This document shows positions 8,333 to 17,297 of a DNA stretch of 64,000 nt, in pieces. Where the stretch lies: positions 1 to 64,000 of the IMG/VR virus record IMGVR_UViG_3300027749_000066; one strand, given 5' to 3'. The position numbers and the translations under genes were made by a program. The DNA is from a virus. How positions within the stretch are numbered: the stretch's first letter is position 1; every line of letters begins with the position of its first letter. The notes below the pieces were generated by a model. It was not told the DNA's origin. It did not search any database and was given only the letters and a program-made list of their open reading frames with translations.

Positions 8333-11300
8333 ATGCAATCTGGACTTAATTTCACTTTCCCGTTTCAAAAGATTAATAAGGAACAGAGAATTGTTACTGG
8401 TATTGCTACTGCTGACAATCCGGATTTAGTTGATGATGTTGTTAATTTTGATGCTTCTGTCAAGGCTTTTTCTAATTGGATTGGCAATATTAGAGAAATG
8501 CATTCTCCTATTGCTGTAGGAAAACTTGTTGATTGGAAAACTGTTCCTGTCTCTTATAATGGTCAGATGTATCAAGGTATTGAAGTTTCTGTTTATATTT
8601 CCAAAGGTGCCGAAAATACTTGGCAAAAAATTCTTGATGGAACTTTGAAAGGTTTTTCCATTGGCGGAAATATTGGTAAAACTGAAAATGTTTTTATGGA
8701 ACGTCATGGAAGAAAAGTTCGTGAGATTCAAGATTATATGCTTGGTGAACTTAGTGTTGTAGATAATCCTTGTAATCCTGCTGGTATGTTTGCAATGATC
8801 AAAAGTGTTAATGGTAAGCTTGAGTATGTTGCTGGTTCAATGCAAGATGTTTTTTATTGTGAAGACGATGGCTATACCTCAGTAGGTGGAGATAGTTCTT
8901 GCCCATCTTGTTCTGAGGAAATGATGATTATTGGTAAATCTGAAGATTATGATGAAATTTTGATAAATAAATTTATTCAAACTATTCATGATTCTTTTGA
9001 AAAAGCTATTTCTGATATCAATACTGTTCCAACTGATGCTATGGCTGCTGAGGCAAAGCGCGGGCTTGATTGGCGTAAAGAGTTTAATCGTGGTGGACTT
9101 GCTGTAGGCGTTGCTAGAGCAAGAGATATTATGAATAAAGATACTTTGAGTATCTCAACTGTTCGTAGAATGCATAGTTTTTTTGCTCGTCATGAAGTTG
9201 ATAAAAAAGGTAAAGGTTTCTCTCCGGGCGAGGATGGCTATCCATCAGCAGGAAGAATCGCTTGGGCTTTATGGGGAGGCGATCCCGGTAAATCTTGGGC
9301 TGATGCTATTGTAAATCGTATTAATAATATGAATAAGAATATTTTAATAAATAAATCAACGATTCAAAATGGTGATTTTGTTTCTTGGAGTTCTTCTGGT
9401 GGAGACGCTAGAGGCAAAGTGACCAAAATTGAAACAAATGGAAGTATCAATATTCCTGATTCTAGTTTTAATATTACTGGAACTGAAGAAGATCCCGCCC
9501 TTCTTATTCAAATTTGGCATAAAAATGAACAAGGTTGGTCTGAAACTAATACTTATGTAGGACATAAGATGTCTACTGTTTCTAAAATAAATGATTTAAA
9601 TAAGAAAGATATGGATATGAATAAATCACAAGATATGTGTAAAATGTGTGAAGATAATGGTTATCTTCAGAAAGATATGACTTGTCCATATTGTGATGGC
9701 ATGGGTTGTCTTGATGATAATAGCGATTGTTCTTCTTGTGACTCTACTGGCACACTTATGGAGGGCGATAACTGTCCCATGTGTAAAATGGTAGATACTG
9801 CGTCTATGGCTAGTGGCGGTATTCTTCAGCCTGTTCAGGGTCTTCCTCCGCAGAGAAAAAAGAAGATGCGAAAGGACGCTCAGATGAAAACTGAGGGTGG
9901 CGATCAGTATCCCGCTGCTGCTTTTGCTTATGTTCCTGATGCCAATATGCCTTCAACTTGGAAACTTCGTCTTTGGGAGTCGCCTTCTGCTAAGGAAACT
10001 GTTGCTCAGGTTTCAAGAGCAGCAACTGCTCTTACTTCTGCTGGTTTCCGTGGCAATAAGGTTCAGATTCCTGCTGCTGATCTTGCTGGTGTTAAGGAAA
10101 AAATTCGTGCTGCTTGGCATCGTGTTAATGGGCCAGATCGTGCTCTTCCGGCTGTTTTGAAGGGTTATGAATCTGGTGATATTTCTAAGATGATGCCTAT
10201 GCCTAGTTATAGTGGATCTCAAGTGATTGCTGCACTTCAAAAAGCTGTTGGAGATGTTGCAGTTATGTATACTCATGCTCATGGCTATCATTGGAATGTT
10301 CGTGGTAGTGATTTTGCTCAGTATCACGCTTTATTTGAGGCTATTTATACTGATGTATATGAGAGCATCGATCCTCTTGCAGAAAATATTTTAAAGATGG
10401 GTGGAACTGCTCCTAGAGGTCTTAGTGAGTTTTTATCTTTTGCTACAATTGATGATGATCCTCTTATGGTTGCTGATCCAGAAATGCTTGCTGCCGATCT
10501 TGCTGAAGATAATGATGCAGTTATTGATAGTTTAAATAATGTTTTTGTAATCGCCAATGCTGCCAATCAGCAGGGTGTTTGTAATTTTGTTGCTGAAAGA
10601 ATTGATCAGCATCAAAAGTGGGCGTGGCAGTTGAAGGTATCTGATGATATTTACGAGATGCCCGAATCAATGGAGGGAATGATGGTTTCTAAAAATAATA
10701 ATGTAGAGTTTGTAAAAAATGCAGGTGATTTGCAAACAAACGGAAATTATGATAATGTTTCATATATGTCTGAAGATAATCTTACTGAAAAAGAAAAGAA
10801 TAGTATTCTCTCCAAACTTGGAGAGTTTCTTTTTGGCAAGTCGCAAGTTGTTGATGTTAATAATATCAATCATCACCTCCGCATTGTTTCTGATGGAAAC
10901 ATGACGCAGGCCCCTCATGTTGTTGTTAATGTTGGTGGCGCTGATTTTGGTGATGTTATTAGAGATCCTGCAGTTACTTCATCTGGGTTCACTAGTTCAA
11001 ATGTTGATCATCAGAATATGATTAATGCTACTCCATCTACTGTAGAGCAGGGTGGAGATTCTAATGCTCATGAAGGCGCAGGGTCGGGCGAAGATGCCCT
11101 AGAAGAAGTTTCTGCTGGTAGTGGAAGCGATATGGCAGTAAATCAAGGATATCCCACAATGATGGGTAAATCTATTAATGAAGGAGATAATGAAATGGAT
11201 TTTGAGAAGGTACTTGAAGGTCTGAGTTCACTTCTTGATGAGAAGCTTGAGAAGGTCAAGGCTGATATCTCAGCAGAGGTTGACGGGAAGATCGATGCCA

Positions 11301-11518
11301 TCGAAAAATCCGTTTCCGATGTTCAGGATACTGCCAATGTTCTTTCAGGTGGACTTGAGAAAGTTGCAAACTCAGGCGCTGAGCGTAAGTCAACAGATTT
11401 TGACTATCAGGTCAGCAAAGAAGATGAGGAGTTCGCTAAGAGCTTCCAGACCGAAAGTTTTTGGGGCGGAGTTTTTGTCCCTACCGAGATCTGCAAGGTC
11501 TTGGGTTACGATTCATGA
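8333..11518 (+). CDS. Prohead maturation protease-scaffold polyprotein with inserted Tudor-like, Zn-finger and Dps domains
   Basis: N-terminal IREMH...GFSIGG...ELSVVDNPCNP protease motifs; lies directly upstream of the capsid gene; acidic coiled-coil C-terminus; ATG 8333 is 7 nt after GGAGG. Confidence 0.85.
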   Translation: MQSGLNFTFPFQKINKEQRIVTGIATADNPDLVDDVVNFDASVKAFSNWIGNIREMHSPIAVGKLVDWKTVPVSYNGQMYQGIEVSVYISKGAENTWQKILDGTLKGFSIGGNIGKTENVFMERHGRKVREIQDYMLGELSVVDNPCNPAGMFAMIKSVNGKLEYVAGSMQDVFYCEDDGYTSVGGDSSCPSCSEEMMIIGKSEDYDEILINKFIQTIHDSFEKAISDINTVPTDAMAAEAKRGLDWRKEFNRGGLAVGVARARDIMNKDTLSISTVRRMHSFFARHEVDKKGKGFSPGEDGYPSAGRIAWALWGGDPGKSWADAIVNRINNMNKNILINKSTIQNGDFVSWSSSGGDARGKVTKIETNGSINIPDSSFNITGTEEDPALLIQIWHKNEQGWSETNTYVGHKMSTVSKINDLNKKDMDMNKSQDMCKMCEDNGYLQKDMTCPYCDGMGCLDDNSDCSSCDSTGTLMEGDNCPMCKMVDTASMASGGILQPVQGLPPQRKKKMRKDAQMKTEGGDQYPAAAFAYVPDANMPSTWKLRLWESPSAKETVAQVSRAATALTSAGFRGNKVQIPAADLAGVKEKIRAAWHRVNGPDRALPAVLKGYESGDISKMMPMPSYSGSQVIAALQKAVGDVAVMYTHAHGYHWNVRGSDFAQYHALFEAIYTDVYESIDPLAENILKMGGTAPRGLSEFLSFATIDDDPLMVADPEMLAADLAEDNDAVIDSLNNVFVIANAANQQGVCNFVAERIDQHQKWAWQLKVSDDIYEMPESMEGMMVSKNNNVEFVKNAGDLQTNGNYDNVSYMSEDNLTEKEKNSILSKLGEFLFGKSQVVDVNNINHHLRIVSDGNMTQAPHVVVNVGGADFGDVIRDPAVTSSGFTSSNVDHQNMINATPSTVEQGGDSNAHEGAGSGEDALEEVSAGSGSDMAVNQGYPTMMGKSINEGDNEMDFEKVLEGLSSLLDEKLEKVKADISAEVDGKIDAIEKSVSDVQDTANVLSGGLEKVANSGAERKSTDFDYQVSKEDEEFAKSFQTESFWGGVFVPTEICKVLGYDS
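10217..10642 (+). other. Dps/mini-ferritin domain embedded in the protease polyprotein
   Basis: HGYHWNVRGSDFAQYHALFEAIY...IDPLAENILKMG and QKWAWQL match the Dps signature with His/His/Asp/Glu ferroxidase ligands. Confidence 0.85.
10730..10758 (+). promoter_or_regulatory. Putative internal promoter within the protease gene
   Basis: TTGCAA-17 nt-TAATGT with TGn extension; in-frame ATG at 10766. Confidence 0.45.
11195..11518 (+). CDS. Putative nested in-frame scaffold protein (107 aa)
   Basis: AAGGAG at 11181-11186, 8 nt before an in-frame ATG; coiled-coil MDFEKVLEGLSSLLDEKLEK. Confidence 0.55.
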   Translation: MDFEKVLEGLSSLLDEKLEKVKADISAEVDGKIDAIEKSVSDVQDTANVLSGGLEKVANSGAERKSTDFDYQVSKEDEEFAKSFQTESFWGGVFVPTEICKVLGYDS

Positions 11519-11534
11519 ATAAGAGAGGTGAATT

Positions 11535-12626
11535 ATGAGTAACACTAGAGAATTATTAGAAAAAGCAGTAATTAACACTTCTACTTCCGCAGGTGCTGGT
11601 AACATCGGTGCAGCGGGTGGCGGTATTCTTAAGCCTCGTCAGGCTAATCGTTTTATCGATTATCTGTTTGATCAGTCAGTTCTTATGAAGACTGCTCGTA
11701 TCGTTCGCATGAGCGCTCCGAGTGTTGAGATCGATAAGGTTGACATTGGTAACAAGATTATGCGTAAGGCTACTGAAGGTACGGATGACGGCTCTAATGC
11801 TAACCCGACTTTCACCAAGGTCGCAATGACTACTGTCAAGCTTCGTCTTGATTGGGAAATCACGGTTGAAGGCCTTGAGGACAACATTGAGGGTGATTCT
11901 CTTGAGGATCATATCGCCTCTCTGATGGCTCGTCAGACTGCTAATGATCTTGAGGATCTTTACATCAATGGTAGCACTGCTCTTTCGAGCGATGCTCTTT
12001 ACAAGGCTCTTGATGGTTTCAAGGTTCTTGCCCGTGCAAGTGGTGTTGTTGTTGATGCTGCTGGTGGTAACCTCACCCGCTCTATCTTCGACAAGGCTCT
12101 TCGTGCTCTTCCGAATAAGTACCTTCAGCGTCGTTCGCAGCTTGCTTTCTCTACTTCTAGTTCGCTGGTTCAGGATTACATCTGGAGTCTTTCTCTTGAC
12201 GCTACCGCTAACTCTACTTACAATCCCGGTGGTGGCATTGGTACGACTGGCTCTGGTTTGGGTGGTTCCTTCGGTTCTGCTATGGGCGATGCTATCGTCA
12301 ATCAGGGCATGGGTGGCGCTACTGGTGGCGGCAATGGTCCCAACTATATCAACGGCATTCGTCCGTTCGGTATTCCGCTGCTTGAGGTTCCGCTTTACCC
12401 TGAGACTGAGACTGGCACTTATACTGCTGCCTCTGGCAATCATGGTATTGTTGAACTTACGTTCCCGCAGAACCGTATCATCGGTATTCAGCGTGACATC
12501 ACGGTTTACCGTGAGTTCAAGCCGAAGAAGGACACGATTGAGTACACTCAGTTCATCCGTGTTGCCAACCAGATTGAAAATGCCGCTGCTTACGTTCACG
12601 TAAGGAACGTAAAAGTTCGTTCATGA
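11535..12626 (+). CDS. Major capsid protein (HK97 fold)
   Basis: GGGILKPRQANRFID, ARQTANDLEDLYING motifs; GAGGTG RBS; strongly biased codon use; follows protease/scaffold. Confidence 0.92.
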   Translation: MSNTRELLEKAVINTSTSAGAGNIGAAGGGILKPRQANRFIDYLFDQSVLMKTARIVRMSAPSVEIDKVDIGNKIMRKATEGTDDGSNANPTFTKVAMTTVKLRLDWEITVEGLEDNIEGDSLEDHIASLMARQTANDLEDLYINGSTALSSDALYKALDGFKVLARASGVVVDAAGGNLTRSIFDKALRALPNKYLQRRSQLAFSTSSSLVQDYIWSLSLDATANSTYNPGGGIGTTGSGLGGSFGSAMGDAIVNQGMGGATGGGNGPNYINGIRPFGIPLLEVPLYPETETGTYTAASGNHGIVELTFPQNRIIGIQRDITVYREFKPKKDTIEYTQFIRVANQIENAAAYVHVRNVKVRS

Positions 12627-12646
12627 GCATTTTGATTCTCAAAGTG

Positions 12647-12655
12647 TGATATAAT
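12647..12655 (+). promoter_or_regulatory. Extended -10 promoter for the HNH gene
   Basis: TGATATAAT. Confidence 0.5.
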
Positions 12656-12656
12656 G

Positions 12657-12680
12657 AAGCCGGGGCAAATGCCCCGGCTT
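12657..12680 (+). terminator. Hairpin/terminator after capsid gene
   Basis: AAGCCGGGGC-AAAT-GCCCCGGCTT then T-rich tract. Confidence 0.75.
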
Positions 12681-12703
12681 TGTTAATTTACAGGAGAATT
12701 AAG

Positions 12704-13360
12704 ATGCAAAAAATAACATCGGAAGAGACTGATTTGATAATAAGTCTTTATGATGATGGTGTCTACCCCGTAGATATTGCTAAAAAAATTGGTAGAGCAC
12801 CTGCCAGTATTTATCGCACACTTCGCAAAAGCGGGAGAACTGAGACTTTACCTGAACGAAAAGCAAGACATGGGCTTTCAGATGAACAGGTTATCGAAGT
12901 TATTGAAATGAGAAAAAATAATATTTCATATAATAAAATTGCTTCAAAATTTGGTTTAAATGGGCATACTATCGCCAAAATTTGTGAAAAAGCAGATATA
13001 GAATTTACTGATTTACGTTATGGTGAAAATAATGTAAATTGGGTTGGTGGACGTAGAGTAAATCAAAATGGATATGTTGAGATAACTATTCCTATTGATC
13101 ATCCATTTAGAGATGCAATGCGCGCTAATAGGGGAACTTGTATGGAACATCGTTTTATAATGGCAGAACATATCAATCGCCCCCTTGAGGCTCATGAAGA
13201 TGTGCATCATATAAATGGAAACCGCTCAGATAATAGAATTGAGAATCTAGAGCTTTGGAGTACAAGACAACCTAGAGGACAGCGTATTGAAGATAAGGTT
13301 GAATTTGCCTTAGAGATACTCTCCCTCTACTACCCCGAAGCACTCAAAGTTCGCTCGTAG
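12704..13360 (+). CDS. HNH homing endonuclease with N-terminal HTH motifs
   Basis: [14 protein letters not shown]...[19 protein letters not shown]; AGGAG RBS before ATG 12704. Confidence 0.88.
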   Translation: MQKITSEETDLIISLYDDGVYPVDIAKKIGRAPASIYRTLRKSGRTETLPERKARHGLSDEQVIEVIEMRKNNISYNKIASKFGLNGHTIAKICEKADIEFTDLRYGENNVNWVGGRRVNQNGYVEITIPIDHPFRDAMRANRGTCMEHRFIMAEHINRPLEAHEDVHHINGNRSDNRIENLELWSTRQPRGQRIEDKVEFALEILSLYYPEALKVRS

Positions 13361-13377
13361 TAGTTTTCCACTGATCG

Positions 13378-13410
13378 TGGTATACTCTGGCCGGGGCATC
13401 CGCCCCGGCC
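13378..13410 (+). terminator. Extended -10 plus hairpin, paralogous to 12647-12680
   Basis: TGGTATACT then GGCCGGGGC-ATCC-GCCCCGGCC. Confidence 0.7.
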
Positions 13411-13420
13411 TTAGTATTTT

Positions 13421-14713
13421 ATGACTAGAGTGAGAAAATTGACTGAACAATCAAAATTCACGTTTATTGATCTGTTTGCTGGCATTGGTGGTTTTCATGC
13501 AGCACTGAGCGAGATGGGTGGTGAGTGTGTTTATGCTGTTGAGATTGATCCAAAAGCAGCAGCAATTTATGAATTAAATTGGGGTATCAATCCTCTTGGT
13601 GATATTACTGAAGTTGCCAATGATGATAGGGTTGATATTCCTGATCATGATGTTCTTGTTGCAGGGTTTCCTTGTCAGCCTTTCTCTAAGTCCGGTTTTC
13701 AACGGGGTATGAGTGATACAAGAGGAACTTTGTATTGGAATATCCTTAAGATTATTGAAGTTAAAAAACCAGCTTTTGTTTTACTTGAGAATGTTCGTAA
13801 TCTCGCTGGCCCTAAACATACTCATGAGTGGAATATTATTATATCTACTTTAAGAGATCAGGGCTATAAGGTTTCTTCTGATCCTGTCATTGTTTCTCCA
13901 CATAAGATTCCCCCTCATCTTGGGGGTACTCCTCAGAGTCGTGATCGTGTATTCATTGCAGCAGTTCGTGCTGATGGTATTTCTGATCTTTCTGATATAT
14001 CATTTTTGAATAATTATAATTTTGAGGATTGGAGTCCTCAAAACTGGAATCTTTGTTCAGATCTTCCCTTGCTTTCTAAAGAAGATGTAGAAGATTTTAT
14101 TTTAAATGATAATGAAATCTTTTGGCTTGAAGCTTGGAACGAACTTATTGTTGGTATTAAAGATAGTCTTGATGGTAATAATCTTCCAAGTTTTCCTATT
14201 TGGGGTGATAGTTGGATTATGCCTGATGATCTTGATATACCTGAAAATACTCCTAAATGGAAAGCAAGTTTTTTAATTAAAAATGCTGAATTTTATGCAC
14301 AACATCGTTGGATTATTGATGAATGGATTAGTCGTTGGGACTTTTATTCTGATAAATTCCCTGCTTCTCGTCGCAAGTTAGAGTGGCAAGCGCAGGATGC
14401 AGATTCTATTTTTGATACTTGCATTCAATTTCGTCCCTCTGGGATTAGGGTGAAAAAGCAAACATACCTTCCGGCTCTTGTCGCTATTACTCAGACTTCT
14501 ATTATTGGCAGCCAGATGCGTAGACTTTCTGTTCGTGAGGCAGCAAGACTTCAGGGTTTTCCTGAGAGTTTTGATTTTGGTGATCAACTTCATTCTGCTT
14601 CTTATAAGCAACTTGGTAACAGTGTCTGTGTTGGAGCGGTATCTTTTGTATTCAAAAAAGCGGTAGATCATTATTCAGATATTCTCAAAAACACTTGTCC
14701 GAGTATGATATAA
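13421..14713 (+). CDS. DNA (cytosine-5)-methyltransferase, M.AluI-like, orphan
   Basis: Motifs FIDLFAGIGG, GFPCQPFS, ENV, QSRDRVF, YKQLGNSV; variable region FPASRRKLEWQAQDA...FRPSGIR...YLPALVAITQTSI recalled from M.AluI. Confidence 0.93.
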   Translation: MTRVRKLTEQSKFTFIDLFAGIGGFHAALSEMGGECVYAVEIDPKAAAIYELNWGINPLGDITEVANDDRVDIPDHDVLVAGFPCQPFSKSGFQRGMSDTRGTLYWNILKIIEVKKPAFVLLENVRNLAGPKHTHEWNIIISTLRDQGYKVSSDPVIVSPHKIPPHLGGTPQSRDRVFIAAVRADGISDLSDISFLNNYNFEDWSPQNWNLCSDLPLLSKEDVEDFILNDNEIFWLEAWNELIVGIKDSLDGNNLPSFPIWGDSWIMPDDLDIPENTPKWKASFLIKNAEFYAQHRWIIDEWISRWDFYSDKFPASRRKLEWQAQDADSIFDTCIQFRPSGIRVKKQTYLPALVAITQTSIIGSQMRRLSVREAARLQGFPESFDFGDQLHSASYKQLGNSVCVGAVSFVFKKAVDHYSDILKNTCPSMI

Positions 14714-14757
14714 TGTTTTCCTAGAGTCTTTTTAGATTAAATTTTATAGGAGAAAAA

Positions 14758-15078
14758 ATGAGTGAAGAAACTAACGAAAATGCAATAAAAAAAGAAGCAG
14801 TCAAAAGGACCGTTCAACGTAAAACAAAGGCCGGAGAAGCGATTCTAGAGGCCACTCATGACACCTCAGATGATCCTATTGCGAACATTAAAAATGAAGG
14901 TGTTATGATTAAGATGCAAATGGGTCATTCATATTACTCTCCAAACTGCGAGTTTACGCAAGAAGCTCCCTTTCAACTTGTAGATCCTGCTGAAGCAGAA
15001 TATTTGATTAATGAGTATTCAGGCAAATTTGTTGTTGCTACTAAGAAGATGGTTGAAGACTTTTATCAACTTGGTTAA
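14758..15078 (+). CDS. Hypothetical protein (head module)
   Basis: AGGAG RBS; TGATATAAT at 14706-14714. Confidence 0.7.
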   Translation: MSEETNENAIKKEAVKRTVQRKTKAGEAILEATHDTSDDPIANIKNEGVMIKMQMGHSYYSPNCEFTQEAPFQLVDPAEAEYLINEYSGKFVVATKKMVEDFYQLG

Positions 15079-15106
15079 AAAAAGTGTATAATGATATACT
15101 TTTTAT

Positions 15107-15976
15107 ATGAACACTTACACTCCTTATTCCTCTGTAGTAGAGCAATTTGTATTCCCAAATACTCCCGATTCTGGTAGTGCATCGGTTACTGTTTACTATG
15201 ATTTTGGAGATATTGTTGTTGGCCCTATTTCTCCCACTTTGATAAGTGGCGCTACATATTCCGTATCAATCTCTGATGATTTGATGGGGGCATATGGCAA
15301 ATATAGAATTAAGTGGAGTTGCACTTTTTCTGGCACTGCTTTTTATGCGTATACTGAGTATCAAGTTGAAGATACATATGTAAAATATGACACTTTTTTT
15401 ACTAATTATCCTGAATTAGATATTCCAGATTATACTGCAAAATTTGATAATATTGAAAAAATGGCTAGAAGAATTGTTGATACTTATTGTGGACAAAATT
15501 TTCAATTTATTAAAAATAAAACAAGAACTTATGAAGGAAATGGCAGAGAAACTGTTCACCTTGGCAGTCGTTTAAATTACTTTACTAGTGTCTTTATTGA
15601 TCAAACTGATTTTACAGCACAATGTATTATTGATTTAAAAACTAAGTATTTTATTCGTTTAAGCACAACTTATCCTTATTATGATAGTCGTGTTGATGAT
15701 GTGTTTAGAAATAAATTTCCTAAAAATACTATAGTATATGTCACTGGTGATTGGGGATGGCTGAGTGTTCCGTGGGAAGTTGAACAGGCAACTGAACTTT
15801 TGATGCTTGATCTTCTTGATGATACTAGGCGTGAACATTATCGCTATGGTATTACCAGATCTGATCAGGGTGGCAATCGTCTTATGATTGATAAGGGAAT
15901 ATTCAACTCAACAGGGAATGTTGATGTTGATACACTTCTTATGGATTATGTTTATTGGATTATGGATTATGCTTAA
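15107..15976 (+). CDS. Head-to-tail adaptor
   Basis: ARRIVDTYCGQNF, VTGDWGW-x-x-VP-x-EVEQAT motifs; position. Confidence 0.75.
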   Translation: MNTYTPYSSVVEQFVFPNTPDSGSASVTVYYDFGDIVVGPISPTLISGATYSVSISDDLMGAYGKYRIKWSCTFSGTAFYAYTEYQVEDTYVKYDTFFTNYPELDIPDYTAKFDNIEKMARRIVDTYCGQNFQFIKNKTRTYEGNGRETVHLGSRLNYFTSVFIDQTDFTAQCIIDLKTKYFIRLSTTYPYYDSRVDDVFRNKFPKNTIVYVTGDWGWLSVPWEVEQATELLMLDLLDDTRREHYRYGITRSDQGGNRLMIDKGIFNSTGNVDVDTLLMDYVYWIMDYA

Positions 15977-16343
15977 TCGTAGTTTTATAAGATTTACTAA
16001 TAGAGTTGATATTTATTCTCAAACATATCTTACCAATGATATGGGTCAGAAAGTTTCTTCTTGGAATTTAACTAAAGAAGCTATGAAATGTCTTTATGTT
16101 TCTGCTAGAAGTTCTACTGGTATTCGTATTACTCCTAATCAAATTGAAGCAAATTATTTTTTGTTTTATTTTAATTATGATGCTCCTATTGATTATGGCC
16201 TTAGACTCAAAAATGTTACAAATTCATTAAGAAGTGAAGTAATAGAAGATAGTTGGTTACAAATTATTCAAATTGATAAAGAATTATCTTATTCTGGTAA
16301 AGTGCAGTATCTTAGTATTCGAGCAAAGAGTGTAATAGAATGA
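15969..16343 (+). CDS. Head-to-tail stopper/closure protein
   Basis: Position, size, NDMGQKVSSW motif; start moved to ATG 15969 overlapping the upstream gene end. Confidence 0.6.
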   Translation: MLNRSFIRFTNRVDIYSQTYLTNDMGQKVSSWNLTKEAMKCLYVSARSSTGIRITPNQIEANYFLFYFNYDAPIDYGLRLKNVTNSLRSEVIEDSWLQIIQIDKELSYSGKVQYLSIRAKSVIE

Positions 16344-16768
16344 CTTTTCGAGTTGAATCTTTGGTGGTTAATCCAGATGGTTTTGATGATCTTACTAAAA
16401 ATATTCAATTAAAAAAAGCTTATTATAAAAATCAATCTACTCAATTCGCCTATGTCCTAGAGTCCGAATTAAAAACAGGTTTAAGTAATGTTTTGGGTTC
16501 AAGAGCAAAGCATTTCAATGTTATTGTTGAAAGAACAGCAGATGGTGCTGCAGTAAATTTAAGATCTATTGATTATATTGCTATATGGCTTTATCATGGT
16601 ACTAGAGCACATACTATTGACTCATCTAACCCTATGCCCATTTACCCTAATGAAGGTATATTTAGGTATTCAGTTAACCATCCGGGTCAGAAACCTATGA
16701 AGCCTGAAATTGATGAAGCTATTAAAGAGGCTAGATTGAAAGCAAGAAGAATGGTAAAAACATTATGA
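16340..16768 (+). CDS. Neck/tail completion protein (HK97 gp10-like)
   Basis: YHGTRAHTI...VNHPGQKP motif; position. Confidence 0.55.
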   Translation: MTFRVESLVVNPDGFDDLTKNIQLKKAYYKNQSTQFAYVLESELKTGLSNVLGSRAKHFNVIVERTADGAAVNLRSIDYIAIWLYHGTRAHTIDSSNPMPIYPNEGIFRYSVNHPGQKPMKPEIDEAIKEARLKARRMVKTL

Positions 16769-17178
16769 TTTCTTTAGATATTAATCCGGCTTTAAAAACT
16801 TACCTTGCAACTCAAGGGTTTGGGGATGTAGAAATTTATCCTTTAAATGCTTATAGAGACTATAAGGCTCCTTTTATTACTTGGACAGAATATCCTGCAA
16901 CTAAAAGTAGTGAAGAATATTGGTTTAGAGATTCTATTTTAACTTATTATATTTATGACAATGATATTTCTAATGCTAAAAATCTTTCTTATAAAATAGA
17001 AAATTTTCTTAATATTGGAGATTTAACTCAAAATATTAAAAATTTGATTGCTAATCCAATATCTGGATATCGTCTTTGTTGGTCTAGATTGAATACTGGA
17101 ACTATGTCTGCAGCTATTGAGAGAGATGGTTTGACTTGTATTAGCAGGGTTTTTGATGTAGGATATCTCCCTTTGTAG
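16765..17178 (+). CDS. Tail terminator protein
   Basis: Position immediately before major tail gene; APFITW motif. Confidence 0.55.
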   Translation: MISLDINPALKTYLATQGFGDVEIYPLNAYRDYKAPFITWTEYPATKSSEEYWFRDSILTYYIYDNDISNAKNLSYKIENFLNIGDLTQNIKNLIANPISGYRLCWSRLNTGTMSAAIERDGLTCISRVFDVGYLPL

Positions 17179-17297
17179 TTGCTTTATAAATGGGAATATT
17201 ATAATCTGTATGTAGAGCAAGAGTGTTTATTTAGCTCTAAAAATTTATAATAAGATCTGTTTTCGAATTTTTGTAATTATTAAGGAGGTGCCATAAA

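Noticed and set aside
11676-12599. 307-aa antisense ORF over the capsid gene (also 17346..17732 over the tail gene)
   Set aside because: Shadow of biased sense codons lacking TTA/CTA/TCA; no RBS or recognisable protein features.
12704-14713. HNH plus methylase as a type II restriction-modification pair
   Set aside because: The HNH has homing-endonuclease architecture and its own duplicated flanks; the genes have separate promoters.
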